Origin: Lama glama
Lineage: Eukaryota
DNA: 64,000 nucleotides
NCBI GenBank assembly: GCA_028534125.1
Contig: CM052818.1
Location: 32,862,001-32,926,000, forward strand
Direction: 5' to 3'
In this document: piece by piece, positions 1 to 14,430 of the stretch
Layout: each line of letters begins with the position of its first letter
How positions within the stretch are numbered: the stretch's first letter is position 1
Notes under the pieces: generated by a model
The model's input: only the letters and a program-made list of their open reading frames with translations
The model's database searches: none
Told to the model about the DNA's origin: nothing
Made by a program: the position numbers and the translations under genes

Positions 1-3000
1 GGAGTGCCTAGTGCCAAGGGGACCTTCTAGAAGGCTGTTCCACAGCCTAGTGGTAGCCCGGGCTTTGTCATTTTCTTGGTGGGGACCTGGAACCACCTTG
101 CCACCCTCCTTGCTCTGCTGACCCTCACTGTCTGTGCTGGACAGGGCTCCTGATAAGGCGGCCAGGTTACATAGGCCAGCTCAGGGCGGTGTCACAGATA
201 AGCAGGGATCCTCTGTCACAGCCTGACCTTATCCAATCACTCTGGGTTGGGGTGGAGGAGGATCAAATAGCTGCATTGTCTCTTCCTTTCCCAACAGACT
301 TCTGCATCAAAACTCAGGCTTTCTACGAGCGCTCCATGGTCTAGGGGGTCTCCCTCCTTTCAGATTACTTGTTCCCTTTTCTTACCACTATTTATTTATC
401 CTCTTGTATCAGGGACTCTCTTGAAATGAAGAATTTTCCAGCTTTGTGTATCTCACACCACTCTTTGCACACAGTAGGCACACAATACTCTTGCCAACCT
501 CAAACCCAACTAAACAAGCTCTCCCTTCCGCCTAGGGATGATTCAGTCCCATCCTCGAGGTGCTCAGACAGATGCCCGCCCTGGTTAACTGGCACTGTTA
601 TAGGATCTCAGCAAGAGGAGACAGGATAATAACCAAACAAAAACATTCCCTTGGCATCAGCATTTTCAGTGGATAGAGGAGAAATTGTTCTCCCGTGTGA
701 GGTTCTGCAAAGGCATGTAAAGAGTTAGTTAGATCCCTGCCCAGGGACTTGTCCATATAAAGGCATTGCACCCAGAAGGAATGTGCGAGTCATGCTGGGA
801 AGCAGGTTTCTCACTAGGCTTGGGGGCCTGGAGTGCTTGTGCCAAAGCTAATGTCTGGGGCTGCCCTGCCAGCACCGGGAGACACAGGTCCCCGGGGCCA
901 CCGAGCGTGACGTAGAGTGCCCAGCTTCCTCTGCCCAGCCCCTGCCTACAGTGGAGATGCCCGTGAGTCCGAACAGCGACGTGGCTCCTGAGTGGGGAAG
1001 ACTCAAAACAGTGATCATTGCTATAGCAGCGGCCTTTCCATCAGGCCCTCTGCCAAGAACTCTCCATCTGTGACCTCGTGTCCACCCCTCACCCTGGGAG
1101 CCGCTGGCCCTTGAGGACACGTGGCCTGGCATCCATGTGGAATGCTGGACCTCGTGGCCTCTCGCTGGCCCAACCCTGCCACACACCTTCGGTGTCAGCT
1201 TTGTTCTCAGCTGAGTCCCCAGCACCAGGCACATTGTGGGCGCCCAAGAATGAATGAATGAAGTTAGTTGTCTCTCTTTTCCTCTAATTCGAGCATGAAG
1301 GAAGCAATTCATAGTCTTGTCCCCTCAGTTTCCCTGGCTCCCTGCCAGGTGGCTTTCTGGGTGGACATGCTTGTCTTTCTTCTCCTCTTGGTTGATCAGT
1401 GTTTACTTGTTGTAAGACCTCCCTTAATTACATTTATTCTGTGAAGCCTTTCTAAATCCATGCTCTCAGATCTCCCTCAGTGTGTATATGCATCTATGTA
1501 GATAATTTCTTATTAATCAAGGTTTCTTGGCCTTTTTTCCTCTCCAAGTATTTCACTTGCCTGCCATAACCCCTCTCCCCACTCCACCAAAAGCAGCCAG
1601 GCCTTTCTGGACCTGTCCCCTCAGGGGGAGAAATGAAGGCATCTTCCCATCTTTGGGGCACCATAAACTTTGTCTTCAGGAGACTGGAGGGAACTATGGG
1701 CATAGACTGGAGGTGTGGGAGAAACACAAGAGAATTGAAATCAGGGAGGCAAGAGATGGGGGCTAAGAGGCTGTTGGCCCCTGGAAGGGGGCCCTGCACC
1801 GTGCTTTTTGCACTGGAGCCCTGAGAAGTGGGAAGACTGCAGAGCGGATGGCTGCATGGTGGCCCTTGGCCTACCAGGCCTTGGCCAGCCTCACAGAATT
1901 TCCTAAGTCTAATGTGACACAGACTAGGGGAATGAGTCCCTGGCCCTAAGCATGGCACCCTGCTGGAGGACAGGAACAGGGGACAGTGAGGGCAACCCAT
2001 GTGGGGCATGATGACTGAGGCCCAGACAGGTCAGTGAACCCCAGACAAACCTCAGGACGAGAAGCCCCTTTGCCCCTGGAACTTGTACATACTTCAGAGA
2101 AAAGGGAAGAGGAATCACAAAATGACAGAAGTTAGGTTTCCGCTTCCTCCATGGAGGGGAACTGGGTATAGAAATCAAGTTGTCATGGAGGAAGGTATGA
2201 TTAAGCACCAGACTCCGGAGCTTGGGTTCAAATCCCAGATAGCTGTGTAACTGAGGCAAGCCATTCCACTTCCCTTCTCCACTTTGCCCACATTTTTCGT
2301 TTCCGTTTTATCCTTAAAATGACTGGCTCTACAACAGTGGTTCGTATCATTTATAAGACAGACCCAGGTTCCAGTCCTGGCTCAGTACTAACTGCCTCTG
2401 TGACTCTAGGACAGTCATAAACACTCTGTGACCAAGTTTCCTCATGATAATCCCTACTGACCGCTGAGGTTATCATGAAGAGCCCAGGAGATGTATGATT
2501 GTCCTTTGGTGGTGCTCTAACAGGGAGTGAACATCTAAATTCTCATGCATTTTATAAATACCATTGACTCTTAGGATGATCCCTGTGACTTGTAAGTAGA
2601 TTATAAATAACTTGAGGGAAAATACTGATTTCAGTTCTGCTAAGAAATTGATGTGTCACACCTGTGTCCCACATGCCCCGACCTGGTGCCAGGTCCCATC
2701 GCAGGGACCACTCAGTAAATATCCATTATTAATGGGGATTCTTAAGCAATAAACGTAACTTTATTTACAAAGAAGCTGAAAACAAGGTTTGGTTCAGAGG
2801 GTGAGGACGCTTGATCTGGTCAGAGATCGCTTAGCAGGGACCCATAGGACTTACAGTTTTGACTTTGTGATTAGCCTTCGAGGAAGACAGCACTTTTGGG
2901 AAGATTAGCATGAGGAGGACAGCTGAGGGGGCCTGAGCCCAGGGCAGTGGTCCCAGGAATAGTGCCAGCTGGGCTGTGGAGGTTCCCCACCTTCCTCAGT

Positions 3001-6000
3001 CCTCATTTCCTGAGCAGAAGTGTCCGCAGAAGCACGTCGATTTTAGACATGGGTCTAAATATCAGCTCTGCCCTCGACAAATGCTGCGTTCTTGCTTGAG
3101 CTACCTAATGAATCGCCTTGTATCCCAGTGCCCTCACCTACAAACTCCAGCCAGTGCCGCCCATGTTATAGGGGCTCCTGTTGGGATTAAAATGGATTAT
3201 GCACACACAGCCCTCTGTCAAGCCCTTGGCACAGAAGACGTGCTTCCAATGTGAGTCTTCATCTCTGCTCCTTCCCTCTTGGGGAGCTGGCTTCTCAGGA
3301 AAAACCGAAAAGCAGGCAGTGGGGGCTTCCATCCTGCCATGAAAGGGATGGGACACGTGATGGTTGCCCTTGATGAGGGCAAGATTTACTAGATATGCAG
3401 CCGCTTAAAGATGTGGAAAGTCCTCACCCTCCTCTGGGGTCAGGGAAGGTCAGGCTCGTGCTTGAGGAGCAGTGTATTGTGTTCAGAAGACATCATACAC
3501 CCCATCAATATTTGATGAGGCCCAGGGGTGCCGTGTGGTTGGCTGACCGACTCTGCTGTGTGACTACAAGCTGTCCTGTGCCTGATGTGATGGGCCAAAG
3601 ACCGATGTCCTCAGGGAAGAAGTGGCACTTTGTCCTTTAGGGAAGACGGTAGGGTTGATCTGGCTCCAAATTGGCTGTTCTCTTCTTCTGGCTCTCCCAT
3701 TTGAAGGGACAGTAATACTCACATCCAGCAATTGCTGACTGCTTATCCTGTGCCAGGCATGTAACAGGTGGTATCTCCTTTAGTCCTCAGAAGGTTCGTT
3801 TTACAGTTGAGAACACTGAGGCCCAGTGAATTCAAATACTCATTCAAAGTCAAATAGTTACGTTATGACCTAAGGAGAGCCAGCTAACCAAGGAGAAGAG
3901 GTACATGAGTCAACTAAACCTTCAGGAGAGTTGTTTTCACAAACTGGGGACCGTGAAACTCTAGAGAATCTTAGGGAAACAGGGAAAAGATGGGAAGCCT
4001 TGTTCCTGAACACCTGCAGATCCACCTCAAGTCTTAACACAAGAATCATGGACTTGACCTTAATGCCTCCTTTGGTTTTAGCTTCCTTTCTCCCACAACC
4101 ATTCTCTTTGCCTGGCCCAGACCTCTCCCTTTAAGAGCAAATAGAATGACCCAGTAGCTTTCAATTGCTTTTTGTAAGTATGAAAGTGTCTGAACTGCAG
4201 CCCTAAACAGCTCTCTTCCACCTATAGACTAGGCAGGTGGTACCCATTCCCTCTTGGATCTGTTACAAGGCATCCACCTTTCTGCCAGCACCTCATGCTT
4301 GCTGCTGTAGGTGGAATGTGGGTTTGTTTGAATCTTGGATGTTCCCTCCTGGATGCACTGCATCACTTTTAATGTCCATCCTTGGGTGTCTTTGGGATGG
4401 GACATCCAGCCTGGGTAGATCTCCATAAACTTGTCTGGCTGGGAAGTGGGTGTGCAGTGATGGAATCATAGATTAAATAAGATCGTGTACACAGAATCAC
4501 TCACCATGGTGCCTGGCCCATGGCAGGTACTCCACACGTGTAGTTGGAATTTAATTTAGAGTGGAAGAATAGGATTTTAGTTCTGTAAAGGCACCTAAAA
4601 ATTCTTGGCTCAAACCTCACATCTTATAACTGAAGAAATTGGACTGAGTGTTCTTCCTAATGCTCCAAGGGTGTTCAAACATATCAAAAAGTACGGACAA
4701 CAGCACGAGAAGTGAGGGCTGGAAGGGTCAGCTGCGATAATATATTCACATAATATCTGTTCTTAAAAAGAGGTGACTCTGTGGCCTTCAGATTAATTTT
4801 GCACTAAAATTGAAGGAACTTTTGAAAATACTTTGAAGGGTTTACGTCTACGACTTCATCCAGATCTCTGATAATAAGTAGCCCTTTATTCCACATTCTT
4901 CAAAATGGGAGGTTCAGGGAGGGTGTGCAATGTCTTCTTTTTCCTTCTCTCCGTAGGTAAGTTTCTCAGACTCCCAGGTGAGGGGATGGATTCCACAGGG
5001 AAGGGTTAAGTTAGAGCCCTCATTCCACCAGAAGGAAAGCCCTTTTTTGTGGCCCCTCTGCTTGTCTAGAAAGCTGGAGGGGATGCCTGGCTCCAGACCC
5101 ACCCCCTTGCTGTGAGGTTCGCATGCCCTTGGCTGCAAGGCTGCACTGCCAAGGTTTATGGGGAGCTACACCCTGGTTTATTATGCTGCCCGCCCTGAAG
5201 GAGAACCTCCTTCCCTTCCCATTATGGTGCCATGATGGCACCATCCACTGTCTCTGTTTATTGTCCAGAGTCCAGTTCCCAGAACTTCCTGGAGGACTGT
5301 CTCAGACAATGGGATGTCTCTTCTGGAGAGAAAGGAGGGGGCACGAGAGTCAGTAGAGTCCATGTTGATGCAGCGACCTTGGAGTGGCCTTGGCTGCTTA
5401 TTCCTGTTGACTTGAAGCCACCTAGCTGTGCTCAGGTTCTGCCCATGTTGCCAGAATGAGCGAGCACTTTGAGGGGAAAGCTAAGAGCTCATTCAAGGGG
5501 TCAGAAAGTGGAGCCCTGGGACCCCTCACATGTAGCTATTCCCCTACAGCTTAATCTGGAAGGACTGACTTTCAGCAACAGTCTGAGGTCAGGCCAGGTT
5601 GTGTTGGACAAGCTAACCTCCATTACCTCTTCCCCCGGAAGCCAATGGGTGCCTCTCTGCCCTGCTCTCTCATCCAGCATTGGCCCACGACTTGCAGCTC
5701 CCAGGGCCAACACTGGGCTTCTTGAGTGGGTTCCATCATACTGCCCTCTCTTGCCACACCCCCGAGGACTGAGGTTTACACACAGACAGAGAATTCGCTG
5801 GTTGGCATTTGATTTCTCCAGAATTCTATTTACTAGCAGGAGGCAGGGGAAGAGTGAGCCTCCCATTCCAGGGAACATTTGATCATTTAAATCCTGATCA
5901 CTTGCTTCCTAATCTCCACGTGAGGGATATGCTGGTCCATAGGGCAGGCCATCCATGAGCATTCGAGAAAAGCACCCCTCCCTCTGGGCAGGCACAAGCC

Positions 6001-6339
6001 CTACTGGGTGAAATCAAGGTTGGATTCCAGCCCCTCCTTGCCCTCTGCCCGGACACCCTTGTGCTCCAAGCTGTCTCTCAACTGAACTTGCTCCATGGGA
6101 GTGATTCTAAGGGGGAAGGAGTCTAGGCTGGGGAGGAGGGGAAAGTTTTGGAGGCAGATAAAGCCTTGTAGTTGCCCAAAAATCATCTCATGTAGGTGTC
6201 TGTCTATTCTATGTGCCTCACTGGCTCAGCAGGGCTAATTACTAGGAGTTTCTGCTAAGTGCCCAACACTCCCAGCAGCACTGATGCCCAGTGTGTTCTT
6301 TAGAGCGAGCCACATTTTTAGAAACAACGATCTTATTTG

Positions 6340-6480
6340 ATCCAGTGAGGTCTTTGGAAAGTAGGCAGGGCAAGAAGATTATGCCCATTTTATAGATGAG
6401 GAAACTGAGGCTCAAGGGAGATGAAGTGATAGGCACACAGTCACTCAGCTAGTAAATAGCAATGTCGGAATCGTGATCCT
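6340..6480 (-). mobile_element. MIR SINE
   Basis: MIR core cccattttatagatgaggaaactgaggctca. Confidence 0.8.
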
Positions 6481-7197
6481 CTGGTTTTACTGGTCTGACA
6501 GCTATGCCACATTGCCACATTACCAGACAGACTCACAAAGTCCAACTTTCATCATCATTTTCTAGAATGTACAAATCTTTAGAGAATCCTTTGTGCATAC
6601 AAACTAGGGACCATTTGCTCCGCCTGTTCCCTCATGTCCTACCAGCCATTTGACAGGATGTTTGTAACAATATGACACATCTGTTTAGCACTTAATTTTT
6701 TGGGGGGGCCTTTTCCAACAGTCTCATGAGGCTGGCAGGGTGGGCATTCTGTCCACCAGAGATGTGCAAATGGACACCCAAAGAGGGTGGGCGAGTTGCC
6801 AAGTCACGCCTGGTTTGGAACCAGCATCCAGGTCTCCTCATTTCTAAGTCCAGCAGGCTTTCAGCTTTGTAATGCTGCTTCCTCCCCAGAGGGCCTAGGG
6901 AACATAAGCAACTGCCTACAGGAAATATGCCTCACCTTCCTCACAGACACGGCGTTCCAGAACCAAACGCCATGGAAACGGAAGACAGAGGGTGCCTGCA
7001 TGCATTTCTTCTAGACCCGATCCAGTGCTCCTCAGAAGCTCAGGAGCCACCACATGTTTTCATCGTGGGTCAGTCCTAATCCGAATCCTCTTCAAAACAG
7101 ACCAGAAAAATTGAATCACAGGATATCAGGAAAGAAAAAAAACCACAGAGTCTTTTCCTAGCCTAGTGCCTTCATTTTACAGATGAGGAAATAGTTT

Positions 7198-7355
7198 CTT
7201 GTTTTGTTTTGTTCTGTTTTCAGCTTTATTGAGGTATAATTTACACAATGGTAAGATATTTAAAGTTACAACATGATGATTTGAAACACATATGTATTGG
7301 GAAAGGATTCCCCACATTGAGTTAATTAACACATCCATCACCTCACACATTTGCC

Positions 7356-7389
<34 letters not shown>

Positions 7390-9017
7390 TTTGAACCCTT
7401 CAGTTCTACTCTCTTAGCAAATTTCAGTTGTACAGATACAGTCAACTATAGTCAGCATGTTTACAGTAGATCATCAGACCTTATGTTGTAGCTGAAAGTT
7501 TGTACACTTTTACCAGCTTCTTCCTATTTCTTCCCCCAGCCCCTGGCAACCACTTTCTTAATCTCTGTTTCTATGAGTTTGACCTTTTAAAAAGAAATGT
7601 GGATTTATTTTTTACATTCTATCTATAACTGATACCATGCAGGATTTGTCTTTATCTGGTTGATTTCACTTAACATCATTCCCTCTAGTTTCTTCCATGT
7701 TGTTGCAAGTGATAGGATTTCCTTCTTTTTTAAGGCTGAATGATATTTCATTGTATACTGATACCACATTTTCTTGAACCATTCACGCATCAATGGACAC
7801 TTACATTGTTTCCATACCTTGACTATTGTGACGCATACTGCCATGAACATAGAAGTACAGATGTCTCTTTGAGATAGTGGTTTTGTTTCTGTTGGATATA
7901 TACCCAGACGTGGGGTTGCTGGCTCATGTGGAAGTTCTATTTTCAATTTCTTGATTAATATCCACAGTGTTTTCTGTAGTGATGGTACCAGTTTACATTC
8001 CCACCAGCAGTGTAGGAGGGTTCCCTTTTCTCCACAATCTAGCCAGCATTTCTTGTCTTTTTGATAACAGCCATTCTAACAGGTGTGAAATGATATCTCA
8101 TTATGGTGTTCTGATTTGCATTTTCCCGATAATTCGTGAGTACCTTTTCATATACCTGTTGACCATTTATGTGTCTTCTTTGGAAAAATATCTAATTGGA
8201 TCCATTGCCCATTTTCAAATTGGGTTATTTGTTTTTTTGCTGAGTTATATGAGTTCCTTATATATTTTGGATATTAATCCTGTATCAGATATGGTGGTTT
8301 GCTGACATTTTCTTCTGTCCTATGGGTTGCCCTTTTATTTTGTGATGATTTCCTTTAGCTATTCTGAGCTCATAGGTTGAAAGAATTAATATTGTTAAAA
8401 TGTTCATACTATGCAAAGCAATCTACAAATTCAATGCAATCTCTATAAAAATTCCAATACACTTTTCACATAAATAGAAAAAACAATCCTAAAATCTGTA
8501 TGGAAACACAAAAGACCCCAAATAGTCAAAGAAATCTTGAGAAGAAAAAACACAAAGCTAGAGGCATCATGCTTCCTGATTTTAAACCACAAACTATTAC
8601 AAAACTATAGTAATCAAAACAGTATAGTACTGTCATTAAAACAGGTACATAGACCAGTGGAACAGAATAGAGAGCCCAGAAGTAAACCCGTGCATATATA
8701 GTCAATTAATTTTCAATAAAGGAGCCAAGAATATACAATGGGGAAAGGAATGTCTCTTAAATAAATGGTGCTGGGGAAACATAGACAGCCACAAGCAAAA
8801 GAATGAAACTAAACCCCTATCTTACAAAAATCAGCACAAAATGAATGACAGACTTGAACGTACGCTGAAACTAAAACTCCTGGATGAAAACGCAGAGAGA
8901 GTAAGCTCCTTGACAGTGGTCTTGGCAATGATTTTTTGAATTTGACACCAAAAGAAAGGTAACCAAAGCAAAAATAAACAAATGGGACTACATCAAACTA
9001 AAAAGCTTCTGCTCAGG
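7198..9017 (-). mobile_element. 5'-truncated, 5'-inverted L1 (L1MA-type) inserted into a MIR
   Basis: T-rich tail, 3'UTR and ORF2 end on minus (7198 to ~8370; ORF track MKIELPHEPATPRLGIYP..); ORF2 segment on plus (~8370-9012); TSD acagatgaggaaa(t/c)agttt at 7179-7197 and 9018-9036. Confidence 0.9.
7358..7390. repeat. (TG)n microsatellite within L1 3'UTR
   Basis: Read directly. Confidence 0.95.
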
Positions 9018-10981
9018 ACAGATGAGGAAACAGTTTGAGGCTACAATAGAGACCAGTTAAATGACTTGCTCAAGGCCACCCACCTGGACATGGGGATACG
9101 GAATATTTCAGTCTCACGCTGAAGTTGTTAGCTTGGTTTCCACCTACGCATAGCCATCAGAGACTGGGCCATGGGAATGGTGAATGACTGTTGTCATTTG
9201 AGTCCCCATCTCTCTTCTGAAGGAGACCCAGGAGGGTGACAATGTGAGGAACATGAAATAGAAGGTTGGCATCTTGTTGCCTGCTCTCAATCTGAAATCT
9301 GGGCTCTGTTGGCTTCACCTGATTTCTATAACTTGGAAGAAAAACATTTCTCCCTCTGCATTGACCTGTGAGGACTCTCTGGGCCCTGGACCTGTGCTCT
9401 AGCCCCTGCAGATCCCCACTTTTCTCTGGGAGCAGTTGCTCCCTGCACACACACTTACTGAGCATGTATTTCATGCCAGGCTCTGTGGCAGGCTGGCGAC
9501 ACCCTATGAGTAAGATGGACATGGTTTCAGTCCTCAGTCCAGCAAAGAAGGCTGCTTAAAATGACTAATCGTGAAATTAATTCTACAATTAATCCTGAGA
9601 ATTTCCTGGAACCAGCTTTTATAACTTCATTGGGCTATTAGGTGACCCCACCCGCCTGTTCTGGATCCTGAGCTGCCTTTCCCAGACTCTGGGTCTGAAC
9701 AAGTTTCCCTGCTTGTTTCCTGATGCCCACCTTGGACCCCAAACCTTGACGTATGGGTATCTACATAGATGATCACAGCCCTGCCCTCCTGCTTGGCCCG
9801 AGCACCTGAATTGATCACTGTGCCAGATATTGGGGATAGGATGCTGACCATGTAAGAAATGACCCCTGTTTTCCAGAAAGGATACTGGCTCTCAGCCTCT
9901 ACTCTCTGGCCAGGACTATGTCTCCTCTGTTCCCTGGGAACTACTGAGCATTAGCCTTGGCTCTCTTATGCAGATTCTGTGTGATGTGTATCTGGCCTTT
10001 GCTCCTCTGTCAGCGTCGGCCCTTGACTTTGATGTTTGGGTCCATGGTAACTGCACATCTCCTTTCCCAATGAACTGACCCCCAGCTGTAATCTCTGGCA
10101 TGCCAACCACCTGTCACCATGCCCAGCATCTTGACCCACCTCATAGTTCCTGGCCCACTTTATTTGAGGCAGCCTACGGCCTGGAGCTGACCCATCATCA
10201 TAACAGACCCTCAATAAATATTTATGGATTGAATCAACTCTAGAATGGTTCAGAAATTCCAGGCACCTCTAAAAGAATCCAGAAGAGTTGGCTGTCATCT
10301 AATGATATGTTTCAAGTGGAGAACACCTCTCTTAATCCCTGTGCTTCAGAAGCTTAAAAGCATAGTGAGTCTAATGGGGGGAATGAGTCAGGGTGAGATA
10401 AGAGCCTGCTCTCTACACAGGACTTTTATTCTAGGGGAGAGTTGGCAGCCTCAAGCCTAGCCTTCTAGAGGACCTGGGCAGCCCTGGAGATTGGCGGGGC
10501 TGGAAACAGGTGCTACCTGTTACTGGCTGATCTGGTGAGTCTTCTTTTCCCTCCACACTTCTGACTAACAGGTCTGCCCATGCAGAAAGCAGAAACAAAG
10601 CCGGCCTGTGAGGTGCCTTGTTTTCCTTGAACACCTCTTTAGATTTTTGTATGGGCTGTACCTCCGGATTAGAAACCTTTGTTGGCATTCATGAACTTTC
10701 TTTATAACCACATGAAGTCGATGCAGACAACTTGCTCCGGCACCAAAGTGAAATCCCTGTAAAGCAAATGACCACGTTCCCACCGAGGAGCAGCAGATAC
10801 AATCATTTCTGCCATCAGGCTCAACTCGGGCACTGTGTCACTAACAGGAGCACACTCTGGCTTCTGCTGAAAGTGAGCTTAGAACTTTTCCCAAGTTCTG
10901 TTTGTCCCTGAATGATTTCACCCCTGGCGTGACAGAAAGATTCTCCCTTCCCTCTGAAAGAGTGGTTGAGCCTTTAAATCT

Positions 10982-11643
10982 TGCCAGGCAGCCCCTAAAA
11001 TGGCCTCCAATAACCCCCATTTCCCAGTATTCACACTCTAGAATAATCCTCTCCCTTTGAAAGAGGGCTGGATTTACTGGCCTATTCCAAGAACTGAATA
11101 GAGCAAAAAGGATGTTGTCACTTCCGAGATTAGGTTATAAAAGGACTCTGGGTTCTGTATCAGAAATGTATCCACATTTCCCTCTCCTCTCCTCCTCCCC
11201 TCCACTCTCCTCCCCTTCTCCCATCTTCCCTTCCTTCCCTACTCCCCCCATCCCCTCCCACTACTTTTCTCTTTCTCCTGCATCATTCACATGGGGGTGG
11301 GGTAGGGAAGCGAACAGCCATGTTGTGAGCAACTCTATGGAAACGCCCACGTGTGTGGTGAGGAACTGAGACCCTCAGCCCAACAGTTGGGAGGAATGGA
11401 AGCCTGCCAACTTCCCCATGAGAAAGCCCAAAAGTGGATCCTTCAGCCCCAGTTGAGTCTTGAAATGACTGCAGCCCCAGCCGACAGCTTTACTGCAGGT
11501 TTATGAGAGACCCAGAGCCAAATGCGCTCGGCTAAACTGCTCCTGGATTCCTGACTCACACAACTGTGAGATAATAAATGTTTGTTGTTTTAAGCTGCTA
11601 AAATTTGGAGTAATTAGTCACGCAGCTATAGATAAATAACATA
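10982..11643 (+). mobile_element. MaLR solo LTR (MLT1F-like)
   Basis: Starts aggcagcccctaaaatggcctccaat; ends gataataaatgtttgttgttttaagctgctaaaatttggagtaattagtcacgcagctatagataaataaca; CT-rich tract inside. Confidence 0.85.
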
Positions 11644-13269
11644 ATCCTCATGTAGGAGCTACAAATACATGGCTTTCATTTCTTCACTAGCAATTCATTT
11701 ACAACCTTTGTGCCATCTGCCTTCTGTCCCCGCCCAGGCTGCTGCTGGCCCATCAGGCACCTTGTGCCAATTGATAAAAGGGACCTATTCCTCAAGACAC
11801 TTTTCTGCCTGTAGCTGGAAAATTGTCATGAGTATCCACTCTGTGATGACTCAGAAGGGAGGGTGCCCTGCTGATGGGCTGCCTTTGTGTGGTGCACAAT
11901 CTACATCATTGTATGTAGCGCCACGACCTTACTCCTGCTGAAAATTCTCTTCCCAATGCCATCGAATCTGATGACCTTTCCTTAGTTCTCCTTTGCTTTG
12001 ATCTGTTTCATGTGACACTGTGAACCGCCCCCTCCTCTTCGCAACTTGTTAAGTAGGATTGAAGGAGATAGGACGGAGACTGAATAAGGATACAAATAAT
12101 ATATCGCTAAAAAGATTGATTGGCTATTACAACAGCCCCAAGCCCCGCACAACTGTGGACACAGTGAAGCCAGACCTTTATGGTAATCCACCCCAGATGT
12201 TGCCTGGGGCTTCCTGCTCTCATTGTCAAGGTCACCTCTGGTGCCAGCTTCCTGTCTCCAACAAGTTCTTGTTCTCTGCTCTGGCCTTGGGCCTCTCCAT
12301 TTATTGCTACCCTGCTGTTTGTGCCAACAGGGAATTCATCCTTTGTTCCTTACTTTATACCCAAACTCCCTACTCTAATAAAGTTTGAGGAGACAGAAGG
12401 AGTGTGTTTTCATTACAGACTTGCAAACAATGGACTATGAGAGCTCTCTATTTTTAGTTCTTTGGTCCCTTGATACGCCTGCTGGTCCCCTTCTGTGTCC
12501 TCTTATCCCTTCGCGATGCTCCCGGTTTACCTTTCTCCTTTGTCAGCTTGCTTCCTGCTAGCCTGTGCCTCCAGTCATACCTGCCGTCTGAAGGTTTGCA
12601 AAGGTACTCTTCTATGGGAACAGTTTCTTCCCTAAGAGGAATTCTGTTACCAGACATTAAGCCAAGGTTTTTTCCACCTGCCTCAGTTCATTCTTGAAGT
12701 GACCACAGTTGGGTCAAATATTAAAGATCACTCAAAGTGGAGGGAGCAGTTTTAAAACAGCGAAGATTCTTTTCTAGAATTCTGTTCTCTCTGGGACCAT
12801 TTATCTCCCTCTTCCTGGGCATCTCCTGCAGCGTGCTCCTGGCACTTTTTACCCTGCATTTCTGGATTTCTATCCTAGCTCAGAAACTGACTTCTGGCTG
12901 GCTGGATTCTCCATTCACTTCATGCAGGCAGCCCTTTTATTTTGAAAAGAATTACAACCGATGGGTGCTTGTGTTGTTCTTCATGCAGGTCCAGGTTGAA
13001 CAATCTCTCTCTTTCTCTGGCTTTGCTACCTTCCAAAAGTTTCCTAATCATGTCACAAATTCTCTCCCTCTTTGCTTTTTGTGACATAAAGCCTTTCTTT
13101 CCTCTCCTTCCATCTCTCAGACCGACTGTCCCTCTTTCTTTAGTTTCCTTCTCTTCCTCACACTTTCCTCTTTTCCAGGAAACCTCATCTACTCTTGGGA
13201 TATTGGCTATTACTTTTTAAAGTTTCTAACTATTTTCTTAATATATTTATTCATGTATTTACGTATGTA

Positions 13270-13600
13270 CCTTTTTAAAACCATCCTAACCATTTTTGAG
13301 TGTGCAGTTCAGTGGTATTAAGTACATTCATATTGTTGTACAACCATCACCACCATCTGTCTCCAGAAGTTTTTTCATCTTGTAAAACTGAAACTCTATC
13401 CCCATTAGACATTGGCTCCTCATTCTCCCCCTTTCAGCCCTGGCAACCAATTTTCTACTTCCTGTCTCTGTGAATCTGACTACTCTAGGTGCCTCATATA
13501 AGAGGAGTCATACAGTATTTGTCCTTCTTGTGACTGGCTTATCTCATGTAGCATAATGTCCTCCAGGTTCATCCATGTGGTAATGTGTCATCTATTACTT
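13270..13600 (-). mobile_element. L1 3' fragment (L1MB-like)
   Basis: gttcagtggtattaagtacattcatattgttgtacaaccatcaccacc and tgactactctaggtgcctcatataagaggagtcatacagtatttg. Confidence 0.8.
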
Positions 13601-13934
13601 TGACACAAGTGATTCCAAGTCTATAGCCAGTCCTTACCTCTCTTTTAAGATATGCTTCTACATCCCCAGCTCCTTCTTGGATTTTTAATATGGAATCAAT
13701 GCAGTCACCCTGAAGTCCACAAGTTTAAAACCTACCTTCCCTTCAAATCACAGTTCCTCATTTCTGTCAACAAAAATAAGTTTCCATAGTCCCTTTACAT
13801 CTTGGGTCATTTCTTTTCCTTCCTCCTTTATCTCTCCACATCAAGTTACTCCACAGCTTATAAACTGTTGATAGCTCCTTATTGCCTGTATAATGAAGTC
13901 CAAAGTCCTCAGGCCACTCACAACCTGGCTTTGA

Positions 13935-14430
13935 ATTAGTTTGGATTAGGCTCAGTTGCATGTGTCAGAAAACCCAAAATAACAGTGGCTTAAAAATGAG
14001 ATAGAAGTTTATTTACTTTCTCTCATGTGAATGAATTCTGGAAATAGGCATCCCAGGACTGATACACAAAGCTGTTAGGGATCTGGACCCCTTCCAGTTA
14101 ATTGCCATATCATCTCAAAGACATCTCTATCTTCATGGTTTAAGATTCAGCTGGAGCTCCAGTCATCACATCTGTATTCCAGGCAGCCAGATGTAGAAAG
14201 GGGTAGGGGGAAAGGGCACAAGCCAATTATTGTTTAAAGATGTTTCCTAGAAGTATCCCCATACCACTCCCAATTGTATCTCATTGGCCAGAACTTAGTC
14301 ACATAGTCACATCTAGCTGCCTGGGAGGATGGAAAATATAATCTTTTATTGGGTGGCCCTATTTCAACTAAAAATTGCGAGTTCTGTTACTAAGGAAGAA
14401 GGAAGACTAAATATTGGGTAGCAACATTAG
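13935..14430 (-). mobile_element. MaLR LTR (MLT1J/K-like)
   Basis: aaacccaaaataacagtggcttaaa ... tctcattggccagaacttagtcacatagtcacatctagctgc. Confidence 0.75.

Noticed and set aside
10565..10770. Exon-like segment on minus (tttacag acceptor, then purine-rich sequence)
   Set aside because: No recognisable protein in the frames I read, no clear donor and no partner exons. A lncRNA exon cannot be excluded but is unsupported.
12180..12420. Possible old ERVL-type LTR ending aataaa...ttaca
   Set aside because: Only the 3' end looks LTR-like; I could not define a family or left boundary.
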